Assembly: GCA_016748015.1 (NCBI GenBank)
Contig: JAAOMT010000354.1
Span: 50,187-114,186, forward strand
Length of the DNA stretch: 64,000 nt
Source of the DNA: Geosiphon pyriformis uo1
Taxonomy: Eukaryota; Fungi; Glomeromycota
Reading direction: 5' to 3'
The position numbers and the translations under genes were made by a program. This document shows, one piece after another, positions 51,140 to 63,208 of the stretch (its first letter is position 1; each line of letters begins with the position of its first letter). The notes beneath the pieces are model-generated. The model saw nothing but the letters and a program-made list of their open reading frames with translations, had not been told where the DNA came from and did not search any database.

Positions 51140-54100
51140 AAAAACTTCTTTCTTTCTTTTGTCCCAAATTTCCAAAAATGAGTCAAAAAGTTTTTTAAAA
51201 GAAGTTTTTTACCATTCAGTATAATAAATCAAAACTGTTTATTTTTAACTATAAGACTATTATTAACTGTAATATTGCTGTTATTAAGAAAACTACTAAA
51301 GATTCCAGCTCTAATTTTGGTTTTAAACCTGTTTTTCTAAATAAAAAAGAGAAGAGGTAGTGCTTTAAAAAATGGTTTTGGTGGCAAAAAAATTGTTTCT
51401 AAGGTCTAAAGTAGTCATTTGTAAGGTTTAAAGACTGGTAATACTATCAAGTTTAATAGTATAAACACGAAAGAGGAATGTGTGATAAAGGAAACCAGTT
51501 TTGATTATGATATAGATGGCACTTTTGCTAAAAGAGATTTTGATCAGAGACTTAAGAATTCATGAGTAAAAACCAAGAAAGCATTGGGCAAGTTGTTGAG
51601 AAAAATTAATTTCTTAAGTGATGATAATAATAATGATATTCTTTTAGATGCTTTGTAGATTTTCTTATCTTTCTTAAAAAAAAAAATTTAGTCACTGTTC
51701 TTGTTAGAAAATCATTTGCTTTGGATATTGGCTTAAACAAAGTAATTGGGAAATTCTTTCAAGAAAAATGTATGGTAGTTAAGAAATTATTTTCAAGAAT
51801 CAATGGTCTTAGAGGGGCTTTTATTCCTTTAAAATTTGCTAGAATTATCAGAGCAATATTTACTTCTGAAATGGGTTTAATAAAAGCCACCAAAAAGACT
51901 ACAGATGTAAAAATTATGGTAAACACTAATCTCAAAAAATTTGCTAGACATTTAAATCAGACTGTAGTGCCAAAAAAAATTCCAATTGGTACTTTAGTTA
52001 AAGCTGTATATGCTGTGCTATCCAAGTTTGGAGTTATTAAGTCAATTAAAATACAGTTAGTGGGGCTGTAACAAAAAGCTGTGGTAGAGTTTACTCAATC
52101 AGATTAGGCTGATTTGGTTGTAGCTAAATGATTTATTCTAATTAAAAAAAATGCAGTACATATTGCTAAGTCTAATAAGAACAAAGAATCTTGGAATATT
52201 AGGAACAGTTATAAAATACTGCTATATATCTTGCCAATGGGCACAAATGCACATAATATCTGAGATTTCATTGGTTTAGTTGAGAGCAAAATGTGTGTTA
52301 TTAATTATTATCTGGTTATATATGTTTAATTTAGATGTGCTGTAGTGTGTTTTAATTCTGCTGAATTACTTAATACCATTATAGATATTATTTCAGTTCT
52401 GAAAAGTGCCAATTTGTGTTGGTTTCAACTAGGTCTTTCTAAATGTGCTAAGTGTGAGAATTCAAGCCATACATCTTTGGACTGTACTTTTGATGGAAAA
52501 AAACTTCCTGGTAGTTCATCTTGTAAGATGTTTTCTAAAGAAGATAAAAGCAAGTTGGCATCTATTTATGTCAAATGTTCAGCACTGATTGTTCATTCTG
52601 TTTTTTTTGGTAGTGCATCTTGGGCAAAAATTGTTGGTGGGTCTTTTTTCTTCCCTTTTCATGCATGTAATGTTTTAGCCAATACTGATTTCTTTTTGAA
52701 GATAAAATCTTTCCTGCCAATTGTGAATAAATTAGAGTTATATTTGGTCAGTATTGAATACAGTCTTGCTAGTCTTATGGAACAAATTGGTAAGTTGGCT
52801 AAGAGGTTAGAGTTACTTATGCCAGCAGTTTTTCAGCTTAGTCCTAAATGTCAATTGTCAGTAATCTCTCCCATCATGAAATCAAGTAGGTAATATGGTA
52901 ATAAGAAAAAATTTGAATAAGACCACTGGTAATAGGACTGCTATGTTCTTAGATCCATCTTTTTTTTTACTATTGTCAAGCTGAAAACCATGTTGGAAGG
53001 TTTCTCAGCTTCAGTATTTAGTTTATCAGCTCAGTTTGATGGTTTGGTTCTTGTAAATAGTGTGTTTCTTCAACCTTTTTCTTAATAACCAGTCTGGTTT
53101 AAAAAATTGCCACATGCAATGTCAGAGGAATAAACAATCCTGCCAAGCAAGAAGATATTATTTGGTAATATAAGGATATGAACAATTTGGTCTTTATAGT
53201 CGCCAAGACAAAGTTAAAAAGAAGAATTCATCTGTGGATTAAAGACAAATTTGATAGTATTAGGGTGTTTATTTCTGGTATTGATTCTGATCACTTGAGT
53301 TCTGGTGTCATAATCATTATAAATGTTGTCTTAACAAAACATGTGTATAAAGTTTCTAAGATTTCTGATTGGCTCTTCTCTGTCAAGTTACTTTTCAAAA
53401 ATAGACTTTTTGTTTCAATTTTGAAACTCTATACTAGTGCTTCTCTGTTTGTTTGGTTTTTTCAAACCAATGATATCAATTCTCTAATAGCTAGAGCTGT
53501 TAATGAATCTTTTTTTGTCATCTTGGGAGGCAATTTTAATGAAGATAGTTTTCATAAGTATGTCAATTTCAAAAAGTGCTTTGACTTGGATTTAGTCAAT
53601 TTGTTGGATAAAAGCTTATTTGCTAAAACATTGACTTAAAATAATTTTCAAAATATCTCAAAAACGATTAATTACATGTTCATTTCAGTGAATCTGGTTA
53701 ATGCAGTGGTAAATTGTGCTGTTGTAAATATTGAAAACTATTTTGACACTAATCATCAGGCTGTTTTTATCTCTGTGGATTTGGGTAGTTTGTTAAATAT
53801 ACATTTAAATTTTCTGCACAAACATGCTAATAAAAATTGTTAAAAGTTTGACATAAAAAATGCTGATAAGGCAAAATAGACTAATTTTAAGGATGTTATA
53901 ATAGTTAATGTGGTCTTGTTTTTTAATAAGTTTGTTTCTTCTCAGAAATTTTTGGATCTGGATACTATATGAAAAGTTGTTCACAAGATGATGATTTTTT
54001 TGGCTGGAGAGACATTTAAGAAAAAATAGTTCAAGAGTTTTAATAGTCTTTACCAAAAAATTCTCTAAATTTTACAGATTAGAAGTTTTGATTTCGAGAA

Positions 54101-57100
54101 TTATTAAGGCTTTTTATGAAAAAAATAATCATAGGTTTATATCTTTGATAAGCAGCTGGATGGTTTTAAACTTTGATAAGGCTTTATTTATTTAGATTCT
54201 ATTGAATTCTAGTACAAGTTTCAATCATGTAAGATCTGCTCTCTTTGGTATAAGAAAGTTTTACTATTGTTATTTATAAAAAAAAACAGATATAGAAAAA
54301 TAATAGACCAATAAAGAAGTAGTAGTTAACATGTGAACATATTGCTCAGCAATATAGAGCAATATCAGAAATTATGGTACATTGCTCAACAATGTAGAGC
54401 AATGTTAGAAAATTAGGGCATATTATTCAACAATATAAGCATTGCTCAAGAAATCATAGCACATTGCTTGAGAATGTGAGCAATCTTATAAAACATCAAT
54501 TATGTATATATAGTGGTAACATTAAAAGAAGAAAAGACAGACCTCTTAGTTTAGATTTGATCTAAGCAATTCTCCACATTACAAATATCAAATAAATAAT
54601 TATTTACTATCTTAATCCATTCCTGCTATCAACACTATGTTAATAGTAATTGATACTTAATCTTACTAGAACAATAGCTCTTAATCACAGCTATTGATGG
54701 GATACTAACTTGCAAATTGCCTTGGCTTATTTCTTTATTTTTTTTTATTTTCTTTGTTATTTCTTTTGTTTACTAATTGATTAAAAGATTGAAAGTGCTG
54801 AGTTATTGATGTCATAGATAGTCTGGTAAAAAACTCTAAAGAAGAGTATAAGAATTAAGAATTTAAGAATAGCTTACCAAAAAGACATCTCTGCCAGATT
54901 ACTAGTCACCATGCTGAGAAAAAAATTCAATGGAATTGTGATTCTGAAAGACTACTGAGAAAACAACTATTAACTCTCTGTTCATTATACAAAGAACTCC
55001 ACAACAAAACTTTCAAATTCACAAAACCTTCAAATACTAACACTAACACATCAATTGAGCACCAAGTCACAAATTTGTTATTTGATTTGAGACCCCAAAT
55101 AATCACTTATAACATCATGCTTTTAAGCTTGCTGAATTTTTGAAAGCTAAGAAGTTAGATATTAGATCTGCTATTGATAAGCAGATAGAAAGTTTTGCTT
55201 CTAATAAAGATCACACTATTAAGAATGTATTAGAGCATTCTTTCCATAAAGTAAAACTAGACCATTTGGTTATTGATAATGAATTAATTCTGAAATCTGA
55301 TCTGGTTAAGGCCAAGATAAATGTAATTATAGAGGGATAGACTAGGAAACATGAAATAGTTTTTGATATTTCTGACAATTAGTCTTGTTAATATTAGCCA
55401 TTAAAATATGTGTTTTATGATGTTTTCTTAGATATGATGTGCTTAGTTGGCTTTGATGAATTGTTCTGTGTAATTTTCAACTTGTCTGATAACAAAGCCA
55501 TTGGTTTTTTTGGTGTTTTAAATGAGCTTTGGAAGCATTGCAACAAATTGGTTTTGGATATGGTTTTAATGCTTTTGAACAATTGTTTGTTTCATAAATT
55601 AATGCCCAGTTCTTGAATAAAGGCTTAGATTTTAATAATTCCCAAACCATATAAATAGAAGGGTATTCTCATAAATATTTGTTCTATTGCTTTAATTAAA
55701 ACAGCTTGTAAAATTCTCTCTGATAAAATTTTGTTAGCATGCAGCATCTTTGATGTTTTTCATGAAGACAATTTCTTAGTTCTGAAAGGTATGATTACAC
55801 AATCTTCCATTTTTGCAGTTGGCTCTATGATAAAAGATGCTTTAAAAAAGAACCATAAATTCTGGCTGGTTTTGTAAGATATGTAAAAAGCTTATAATTC
55901 TGTTGATTGGAAGTATTTCAAGAAAAGCTTGATTAGGATTAAAATGTATAGCAAGTTCATTTGTTTTTTCAGTAGTATTTACAATAATTGCATTAACAGA
56001 GTTATGACAGATTTTGGTTTAATAGGTAGTTATCATGTATATTATGGTTTAAATCAGAGAAAAGTTTTCTTATCTTTTTTCTGGCACATATTTTATGATC
56101 TCCTTTTTTGTAAAGTCAAAAAACAGAAAAGCATGTGTGGATATAAGTTAAATTCTTACTTTATCTTAAAATATAGCCACACTGAATCTAGAGCTAGATT
56201 GTCTTCTTTTTTCACTGTTAAAGCTTTTGTCGATGACACAATTTGAATTAAAAACAGTTAAAGTGTTACTTAACATATTTTCAATGTTGCCAGTAAATTT
56301 TTTCAGATCAATGACATTTCTATCAATACTAACAAGACTGTGGCCATCGTTATTAATTGTAAAGTTGTTAATCCTTTTTTGTCTATTAGTGACTCACCTA
56401 TTTCTATTGTCAAAAAAAAAGAATCTCATTAATATCTAAGTATCTTTCTGTTAATTAAAGATCTCTTAAAGCCTAGCTTGGCCAGAGTGTATTCTAATGT
56501 TTGTCTTTTTACTAATTTTTTGCTAAAGAAGACCATTTCAGATAAGCAGTTTTTATATTTGGTGTTTGCCATTTTCTATCTTATTGTCAGCTACAGAACA
56601 CAATTTAGCTTTATTTCTATTGGAGTGTACAATAAGTGGAATGCTTTAATCCATAAAGACCTGAAATTAAAATCTGGTCTGTCTTTTAATTTCCTGAGCA
56701 ACACAATCTATTACTTTCTTTTTATGATTTAAAAACTTTTGAGTAGGTTCAATTTGAGAGAAAATTAGTATTGCTTGTGATTTTTGCAAACTCTGATGGA
56801 ATTTTGGGTTATTTGTTTTCTCACAGATCTTTTGATTTGTAAGTTTTGTGTTGGTGTTCTATTCATCTCTTGAGTTCTTTAGTTCATATTTGGGTCAATC
56901 CTTCTAATAACTTTTTGGCAGGAGTGGTTCATATTTTTTTTGATTACAACATGTTTTTGGGTGGTCTTTTGATCAATTTTTTTTATTTTTGAGACAGAAT
57001 GTCTATGTCAACTGTTCTTGATAAGTCTAAATTTTTCAAGCTTCTTCCTTTACTCCAATTTTATGGTATTGTCTTGTGAATCAGTTTTGTAATCATTATA

Positions 57101-58745
57101 ATAATATTTTTGATTGAAAGATATTCAGATGGTAAAAAAAATTGGACCCTTATGGCTCTATTCCTAACTGGTTTGGTCTTTCTGTTGCTTTTCTTAATAA
57201 CATGGCTATTTTTTCTGCTCATTTTTTTTTTCTAAAGAGTAGTGTTAGTTCTTTAAATATTCTTGAGTCTTATAAGTTTGAATTGGTTAATAGTTTACTG
57301 TCTAGTATTAATGCTGATAGTCTGTCTGTCTACATAGATAAATTTCTAAAAGACTTAGGCACTATTGATAAGAGAGCTGATGCTGCAGTCTTTTTTGATG
57401 ACATTGACTTGGGTTTGGGTGTTGGAGTTTCTGGTTTGATGTTTTTTACTTTAATAAAGTTGTAGGCTATTGTGTTGGTTTTTGAGTGTATCTCCTTTTT
57501 TAGTTCAGTTTACTTGTTTTTTAATAGTCAGGCTGTTTTGGATGTGTACAAATTGGAATTATATATGGTGTGTTTAGACTTTCATAATTAATATTAGATG
57601 AAATATTAGCATATTGTGAACATTATTCATAGTAAAAATTTGAGAGTTAAATAACATAAAGTAAAAAATCACTTTGGTGTCTTAGGAAATAAATGTATTG
57701 ATGCTCTCACTATTGCTGCTTCTATCTCTGATTGGTACTTTCCCTTCTATTTGAGAAGACATTGTATTATAGCTGATAGTGGTATTGTTTCTGATAACTC
57801 TAAACATTTTGTTCATAATGTTTTTAAGTCTGTTCATCATGTATACTAAGAGATTGGTTTTGGTTCTAAGTTTCTGACAAGTGATTTGCTTTCAAACATT
57901 AACTGGCTTAGTTCTTTTTTGGTGTAGCATTCTGATTTGCACATAGCTGTAGGCTTTATTAGCAAACTATCTGCCAGCATTCACACTTATTTTATAAAAA
58001 CTTTACATTACAGACTGCTTATTGCTGTTTAGAAAATGTTTGTATAACAGAAGCTATCCTAGTATGTTGTGTTTGTGCTATAGTAATATTGAAGTTTCAG
58101 ATCATGTGTTTTCTTATAAAGCTGACAATTTTGTCTATTGTCAATTGTTGAATGCCTATATAGTTTGCTGGAGGAAGTTTTCTAGTCTTCTTCACTCTTT
58201 TTCTTATGTGTTTCAGCTTTTGTTATCTTGTGTTTCTAATGTTTTTGTGTATACAGCTTTTTGTAAAAGTTTCATTTTTGAAGGTTGGCTTTAAAAAGCT
58301 GTTTCTGTTTTCTATAATCCTAAAATTGCAAGTGAAAAGATTGTGAAATTTTTGTGTGCTCTTTGTTTTACTTTTAGAAATGATATCTGATTGGTCTGTG
58401 CTAAGCATTATGTCTTTATGGAGAAGAATAGACTAATTTCACTTAATGGTTCAGCTCTTGTTTTTATTTCTGGGCTTTCTTCAGAGTTTTCTGTTAGTGT
58501 GATTAAGTTGCTTGGTGTTACTAAGATGTTTGGTGTTTGTGTTGGTTTTTATAAGTCTTGCTTATTTTTTTCAGGTATTAATGGTTTGGTTTCAGTTTAT
58601 ATAATTGTTTAATATTGTCCTGATCAGTTTGAATGATTGGTTATATGCAGAAAAAGCATAATTTATACTTAGTTTAAATTACTTATATGATATATAGTAC
58701 TAAGTAGTATTTGAACCTTATTTGTAAAGCATAATAAAAAAAAAT
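51140..58745 (+). mobile_element. LINE copy 4, full length, inserted in LINE 2
   Basis: ORF1 with CAKCENSSHTSLDC knuckle. ORF2 ~53085-58612 with APE, RT (AFVDDTI), RNase H (~57320-57720) and CCHC. 3' tail and A-run; A-rich TSD ~AAAATAAAAAAAA. Confidence 0.92.
54268..55114 (+). mobile_element. Solo LTR (family D) in LINE 4 ORF2
   Basis: TGTTA...TAACA with TSD CTAT/TCAT; same family as 11056-11882. Confidence 0.92.
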
Positions 58746-60046
58746 AAAAAAAATGTGATTTTAATTATTTTGAAGTTTGTAAAGTATTTAGTAAAGTTAT
58801 ATTATTTAAAAATTTGGCTTTTAAAATCTAAATATAAGATTAATATAAAAAAGCCAATTTGATTAAGAATAATAATTTGGTTTTTGGTCTGTTATGTAAA
58901 ATAAAAAATAAGCTTTCAAATAATATGGTTTGTATATTAAAAATTATTAAGTTTTTAGTAATTAATTTTAATAAACATAATTTATGCTTTTTTTTTTGGT
59001 TTAAAAAATAAAATTTCAGTTCATATAAATACATTGTAATGTTTTATTTGGCTTAAGTAACTGGTCATATATAGTAAAAGTATAAATTATGTTTAATATA
59101 AATCTCTTAATCTGGTTTTTTATACTAAATAATAATTGGATTTTACTCATAAATAAAAAAAAATTATTAGTTTATATATATATAAAACATTTTTATTTTA
59201 TATTTTATATTTAATTGTTTTTGATAAAAAATTTTAAATTTAAGTAAAAATTTGATTAAACTAAACTAAACTTTAAATACTGTTTAAATTTAGTTTGAAT
59301 TATGAATTAAATTTAAATTAAACCAAATTTTTAAAGTTTATAAACTTGTTGAATTTAATAAAATTAAAAAAATATATATTTGTATTATTTATTTATTAAT
59401 TATTACTTTGCTTAATATTTATAATTAATTAAAAAAGTATATAAAACTATATATATATAACAACTTTATTTTTCAACTTATTAAAATAAACTTATTATTT
59501 GTATTATTTGATGTTATTAAAAATTTAAAATTTAAAATAATAGAATTTAATAACTTAAATAATCTAAATATTAATATTTTTAATAAATATAGTTTTTAAA
59601 ATAAGATATAAAACTATTTTAATAAGTTTAAATAAACAAAAAAATACAGATAAATATATAATCTTAAAATATATATATAAATTATTTTTTTATGAAATTA
59701 TAAGTACTATTAAACTTTTATAATACTATTTAAAAACTTTTTTTATTTTACTTATACTTATAATATAATAGATATACTTAAGTATTATTAAATCCAAAAA
59801 ATTTTTTACATTAAATCTTTAGATATTTTTAATAACAAAATCTTTATTTTTATTATTATTTATTATAATAATTAAAACAATAATTAATTTTGTTTTAATA
59901 AGTAAATAACATGATAAAATAAATATTATAAACAAATTTTTTAAAATATTAAAAAAGTATAGAATTAAATTAAATATACATATATCTTCTGTATAAATTT
60001 AAATTAGTCAATAATCAATAATAAAATCGGTATATTATATAGCAAA

Positions 60047-60325
60047 TTAATATTATTTAAAACTTAAAAATATTATAATACTAATATTATTAAAAATTGT
60101 GTTTTTTAATATTAATTTAAATTGGTTTTTATTATTGTTTTAAAGCCAAATTTTTAATATTAATATTATTTAAAACTTAAAATTATTATAGCTATAGAAC
60201 TGAATTTTTAATATTAGTATTATTTAAAACTTAAAATTACTATAATATTTAAATTATTAAAAATCACATTTTTTTAATATTAATTTAAATAGTTTTTATC
60301 ATTGTTTTAAGCCAAATTTTTAATT
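60047..60325. repeat. Imperfect AT-rich local duplication (~175-bp period)
   Basis: TATTATTTAAAACTTAAAA...TTTTTAATATTAATTTAAAT...AAGCCAAATTTTTAAT occurs twice, plus a partial copy. Confidence 0.7.
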
Positions 60326-60367
60326 AAAAAAATTAAAAAAAACAGTTTAAAAAAGAATTACACTTAT

Positions 60368-60424
60368 CTTTTTTTTATTATTATTATGTTTAATGAGTAA
60401 GATCTAAATACAGCCTAATAATAT
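60368..60424 (-). mobile_element. 3' tail of another LINE, the target of element E
   Basis: Reverse complement TAGGCTGTATTTAGATCTTACTCATTAAACATAATAATAATAAAA matches the family tail (cf. 12385-12440). Confidence 0.6.
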
Positions 60425-61162
60425 TGTTATGAATTGGAGTAACAAGCTAACGGATAGTAAGGGAGAACAGTATTGTATGGTGATGGAAATAAACAAAGAA
60501 AGAATTACAATAAAGGAGCGAATTGAATAAGTAGGAATTCAATGTGCATGATCAGTCTTATAAAAATCACAGTCGCTAATCTTTTCTTAAATCTGAAGGT
60601 AGAGGAATAGTCCGTGATTGTCAACAAGATAACACTGCTACTATTATTCTATGCCTCAACTTGGCAATTCTTAGAATCAATAACAGGTATCATTGTACTT
60701 TTCAATCATTTCTTTATTCAATAAATTACAAGAGCAAGCCAATTGCTTCTCAGGCTAATTCTAACAAATACAAATCAAGAAGGGGAAAAGATAAGGTATG
60801 TAAATGCCAACAAGTAGATACTTAAAGATAAGGAAAGGGGAATAAGCAATTATGAGAGGAAGTAATTAATATTGTTTATTTTGTTACTTTGATCATGTCT
60901 TTCTACAGCTGAGGGAATCATCGCTTATATAGCTGTCTAAAGTGGTCAACGACCAGGTTAACAATCAGGTCAATGATCAGGTTAATGATCAGATCAATGA
61001 TCAGGTCATTGATCAAGTCAATGATCAGGTCAATGATCAGATCAACAGTCAGGTTATTGATCAGGTCAATGATCACTATCTAAAAATAGGGTGGCTAATT
61101 ATATGACATCAGTGGCTAATACATGTGATAATTAATAAAAACTATGTGTTTTAACCATAACA
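60425..61162 (-). repeat. 3' LTR of element E
   Basis: Terminal TGTTA/TAACA adjacent to the PPT; TATATAAG box on the minus strand near 60925. Confidence 0.85.
60945..61076. repeat. 12-bp tandem repeat CAATGATCAGGT in the U3 of LTR E
   Basis: About 10-11 imperfect copies containing the TGATCA palindrome. Confidence 0.9.
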
Positions 61163-61788
61163 TCATCCTCTCCAAAGAGATTGAGCTCCAGCAAAATCAA
61201 ACTATTTATGGGATAGTCTATGTGAAGGGTTTTGTCTAACTCAAAACTAACTAGTTTGTTGAAGTTTTTTGTGAATAGAGTATATAGTACTTGAGGCGAA
61301 ATAAGCTTTGTATCCAAGAGACCAAATCTTTGTATTAGAGTTCTGGCTCTTCTAACAATGGTCAAAACTCTTGGGATATCTAAATGTATAATGCCCAAAA
61401 TTTCCACTTGTATCTCTGAAGTTGTTTTCTTCATGAGCTTCATGTCTTCTATGATTTCACCAAGACGACCATAGAGTTCTAGTTGTCTTCCATATGACAA
61501 GTTTTTGTCTATGGGCAAGATTTCTTGTATTGTTTTTCCAATTGTGCTGGAAGGTAAAAGTATCACTGCTGTTATGCTTTCCAGCAGGTATTTATCCATT
61601 TTGCCACCAATTTTTTCTCTTCTGGTAGTTGTTTTCTTTGGTCTGATAACAGTGCGAGTTTTACTGTTGTCTGTTATAGTAGTTTGTTTTCCGATAGTCA
61701 GAGTAGCATTTGGATAGTTCTTGATCCAGTACTCATGGAGAGTATAGAAAGCGTTTTGAATGTTTTGATCCAGGAAATAATTGTTCAT
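61132..61788 (-). CDS. Element E accessory ORF3, intact, unknown function
   Basis: Open frame 61132-61884 with first ATG at ~61788 (MNNYFLDQ...). No signal peptide or TM segment visible; reads through the PPT into the LTR. Confidence 0.72.
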   Translation of the reverse strand: MNNYFLDQNIQNAFYTLHEYWIKNYPNATLTIGKQTTITDNSKTRTVIRPKKTTTRREKIGGKMDKYLLESITAVILLPSSTIGKTIQEILPIDKNLSYGRQLELYGRLGEIIEDMKLMKKTTSEIQVEILGIIHLDIPRVLTIVRRARTLIQRFGLLDTKLISPQVLYTLFTKNFNKLVSFELDKTLHIDYPINSLILLELNLFGEDDVMVKTHSFY

Positions 61789-61835
61789 GTCGATTGAAGA
61801 TACCTCTGTTTTGGGAATAGTGCATTTATTTATAT

Positions 61836-63149
61836 CTAATTTTTGCTGATTATTTGGGTCGGTATTACCACAACAAATAACCAATCAGGTCGTTTGGGAT
61901 ATTTCTTGAGTCGCATGCCATGAACAGGGTGATCACTGAATATTGTTCCATATTGATCTTGTAAGATATAAGAACTATTGTTCAAAACTTTGTTGACTAT
62001 AAAGGGTCCTTTCCACCAGCTAGAGAATTTATCACCATAGACATTGTCTCTGTCTGAACAGTATACCAAAACTAAGTCACCAACACTTAAGGAAAGTGTT
62101 TTATAGGTCTTTTTCTTTTTGAGCTTCTCTTGGACCTGTTTTATCTTTTCAAAGGCAATTATCCGTGCTTTTACTAATGAGTCAAGAATAGTACCAAGTC
62201 TTCTTTGCAAAATGTCTTTGTAATCTCCTATTGTTATTTCTTCAAAAGGTATTGTTTCTATATCCGTTTCTATTAGTAGAGTTGCCATTCGTCCATAGAG
62301 CAGATAAAAGGGTTCATAACTTGTTATGTCATGATTCACAGTTCTGTAAGCAAACAAGGCTGAAGGCAATACTTTGTCCTATAGGTTGGTTTCTTCACTG
62401 GTTTTGGCTAGGGTTTTACATAGTGTTCTATTAAAATGTTCCACTAGGCCATTTGTTTGGGGGTGATAAGGGGAAGAAAGTTTATGACGTATTCCCATTT
62501 TTCTGCAAAGTTCTTCAACCAGTGTACTGAGAAAAGCTCTTCCTCTATCAGATAAAAGTTCTTTGAGGCAGCCGTGATAACAGATAATATCTTCATAAAT
62601 GAAATTGGCAATTGAGACTGCTGTTTGATCTGGAGTGGCTCTTGCTTCTACCCACTTTGTAAGATAGTCGGTAGCTGTGATAATGTATCTGTTGCCATCA
62701 GGAGTTACTGTTAAAGGTCCAACAACATCTATACCAATTCTATCAAATAGTTGACCAACAGAGATTGGATGGATATCTTCCTTGCGATTGGGTTTTCCTC
62801 TTCTTTGGCAGGTATCACAGGTTTTAATGTATTCAGCAATGTTTTTTCCCAAGATAGGCCAATAATAGCAAGCTAAAGTTTTCTGAATTGTTTTTGTTTT
62901 TCCAAAGTGTCCAGCTAATGGATCAGTGTGTATATTGTAGATCACAATTTCTCTTTCTTTAAATCTAATGACTCTCTGAGAGCAGTCAGGATCTTTTCTA
63001 TTTCTTTCATATAACTGGTTCTGGCGAATCAAATAGAAATTTGATTGTTTGCGCAAATGTTCTCTTTGCTGTTGAGTATAGTCTGGCAGATATTGTCTTT
63101 TATCCAAAAATTTCATTAAAGCAGAGTAGTTGTCCAAGTCCATTATCAT
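61836..63149 (-). pseudogene. Element E integrase (HHCC, DDE, GPY/F) with one premature stop
   Basis: HTDPLAGHFG..YYWP..CDTCQ, IGIDVVGPL, LSDRG, YHPQTNGLVE, WKGPF. TAG at 62379 replaces the expected Trp. Confidence 0.95.
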
Positions 63150-63208
63150 GTTTGTTTGTAGGGGAGTTACAAATAATTAAGTTGGTTTGGTTTGAGAGGG
63201 TTTTACTA

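Larger units (their letters stand above)
23090..59162 (+). mobile_element. LINE copy 2, oldest and most AT-eroded; in four pieces (23090-24709, 25733-28622, 49639-51133, ~58750-59162)
   Basis: ORF1/ORF2 relics are colinear with the other copies. Sequence continues across insertions: SFILKNICHK then NVIIKKKL..LYNLKTFKQI, and KAILIFENKK then ..ILKFVKYLVKL. Family 3' tail and A-run at ~59150. Confidence 0.8.

Noticed and set aside
59165-60045. Possible eroded DNA-transposon end (AAACTAAACTAAAC...TTTAGTTTG) in extremely AT-rich DNA; similar zones at 12440-12680 and 22560-23090
   Set aside because: No TIR pair, TSD or transposase is recognisable; too degenerate to call.
61132-61884. env gene / endogenous retrovirus
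   Set aside because: No signal peptide, fusion peptide or transmembrane anchor is visible.
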